IMG/VR virus record: IMGVR_UViG_3300045971_000354
Location: 32,001-96,000 of that record
Direction: 5' to 3' (one strand)
Source of the DNA: a virus
DNA: 64,000 nucleotides
Shown: positions 63,917 to 64,000 of the stretch, in pieces
Layout of the letters: the number at the start of each line of letters is the position of its first letter
How positions within the stretch are numbered: the first letter of the stretch is position 1
Notes under the pieces: model-generated
What the model was told of the DNA's origin: nothing
Database searches by the model: none
The model's input: the letters and a program-made list of their open reading frames with translations, nothing else
Position numbers and translations under genes: made by a program

Positions 63917-63999
63917 GAAGCCTTCAACGCTTCGATTGTAATGATCTTAGAAATCTCAGTCCCAAGGTCCATGTCGTCATGTATAACATACAATCCAAT
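63913..63999 (-). CDS. C-terminal end of a hypothetical protein (5'-truncated)
   Basis: Reads ...IGLYVIHDDMDLGTEISKIITIEALKAS-stop, with an ATGA overlap to the next gene. Confidence 0.55.
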   Translation of the reverse strand: MGLYVIHDDMDLGTEISKIITIEALKAS

Positions 64000-64000
64000 A

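Noticed and set aside
1-64000. Alternative genetic code (stop-codon reassignment)
   Set aside because: Core genes are full length under the standard code, and TAA, TAG and TGA all act as stops.
1-64000. tRNA/rRNA genes
   Set aside because: No cloverleaf with T-loop and acceptor stem was recognised in the few intergenic gaps. A tRNAscan-SE/Aragorn run would be needed to exclude them fully.

Overview
The window is a 64-kb, AT-rich segment of a large T4-related (myovirus-like) dsDNA phage genome. The minus strand at 1-11000 carries the head module (tape-measure-like gene, portal, core proteins, prohead protease, scaffold, major capsid), followed by an HNH homing endonuclease and an oppositely oriented GH19 endolysin. 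Bases 11076-12175 hold a gp26-like baseplate/tail chaperone with a strong -1 programmed frameshift signal. Bases 12890-13410 are a non-coding, densely structured interval lying directly downstream of a small stand-alone GIY-YIG nuclease gene; this is the best candidate for an undescribed RNA/nuclease or replication-origin system. Next come a histone-H1-like gene, gp46/gp47 and a gp55-like late sigma factor. The plus strand at 18173-52350 is the baseplate/tail module (gp53, gp27-like, gp5 with a lambda-type lysozyme, gp25, gp6, a 4427-aa giant protein, a collagen protein, a subtilisin protease and four paralogous fibre proteins). The minus strand at 52398-64000 carries early/metabolic genes (vWA-metallopeptidase plus MoxR ATPase, a GIY-YIG homing endonuclease, RNase H, QueE, HIT, cupins, PRTase). 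TAAATA late-promoter motifs and consensus sigma70 promoters are visible. I saw no tRNA, rRNA or CRISPR array. All protein calls come from motif recognition and synteny by eye, not database searches.
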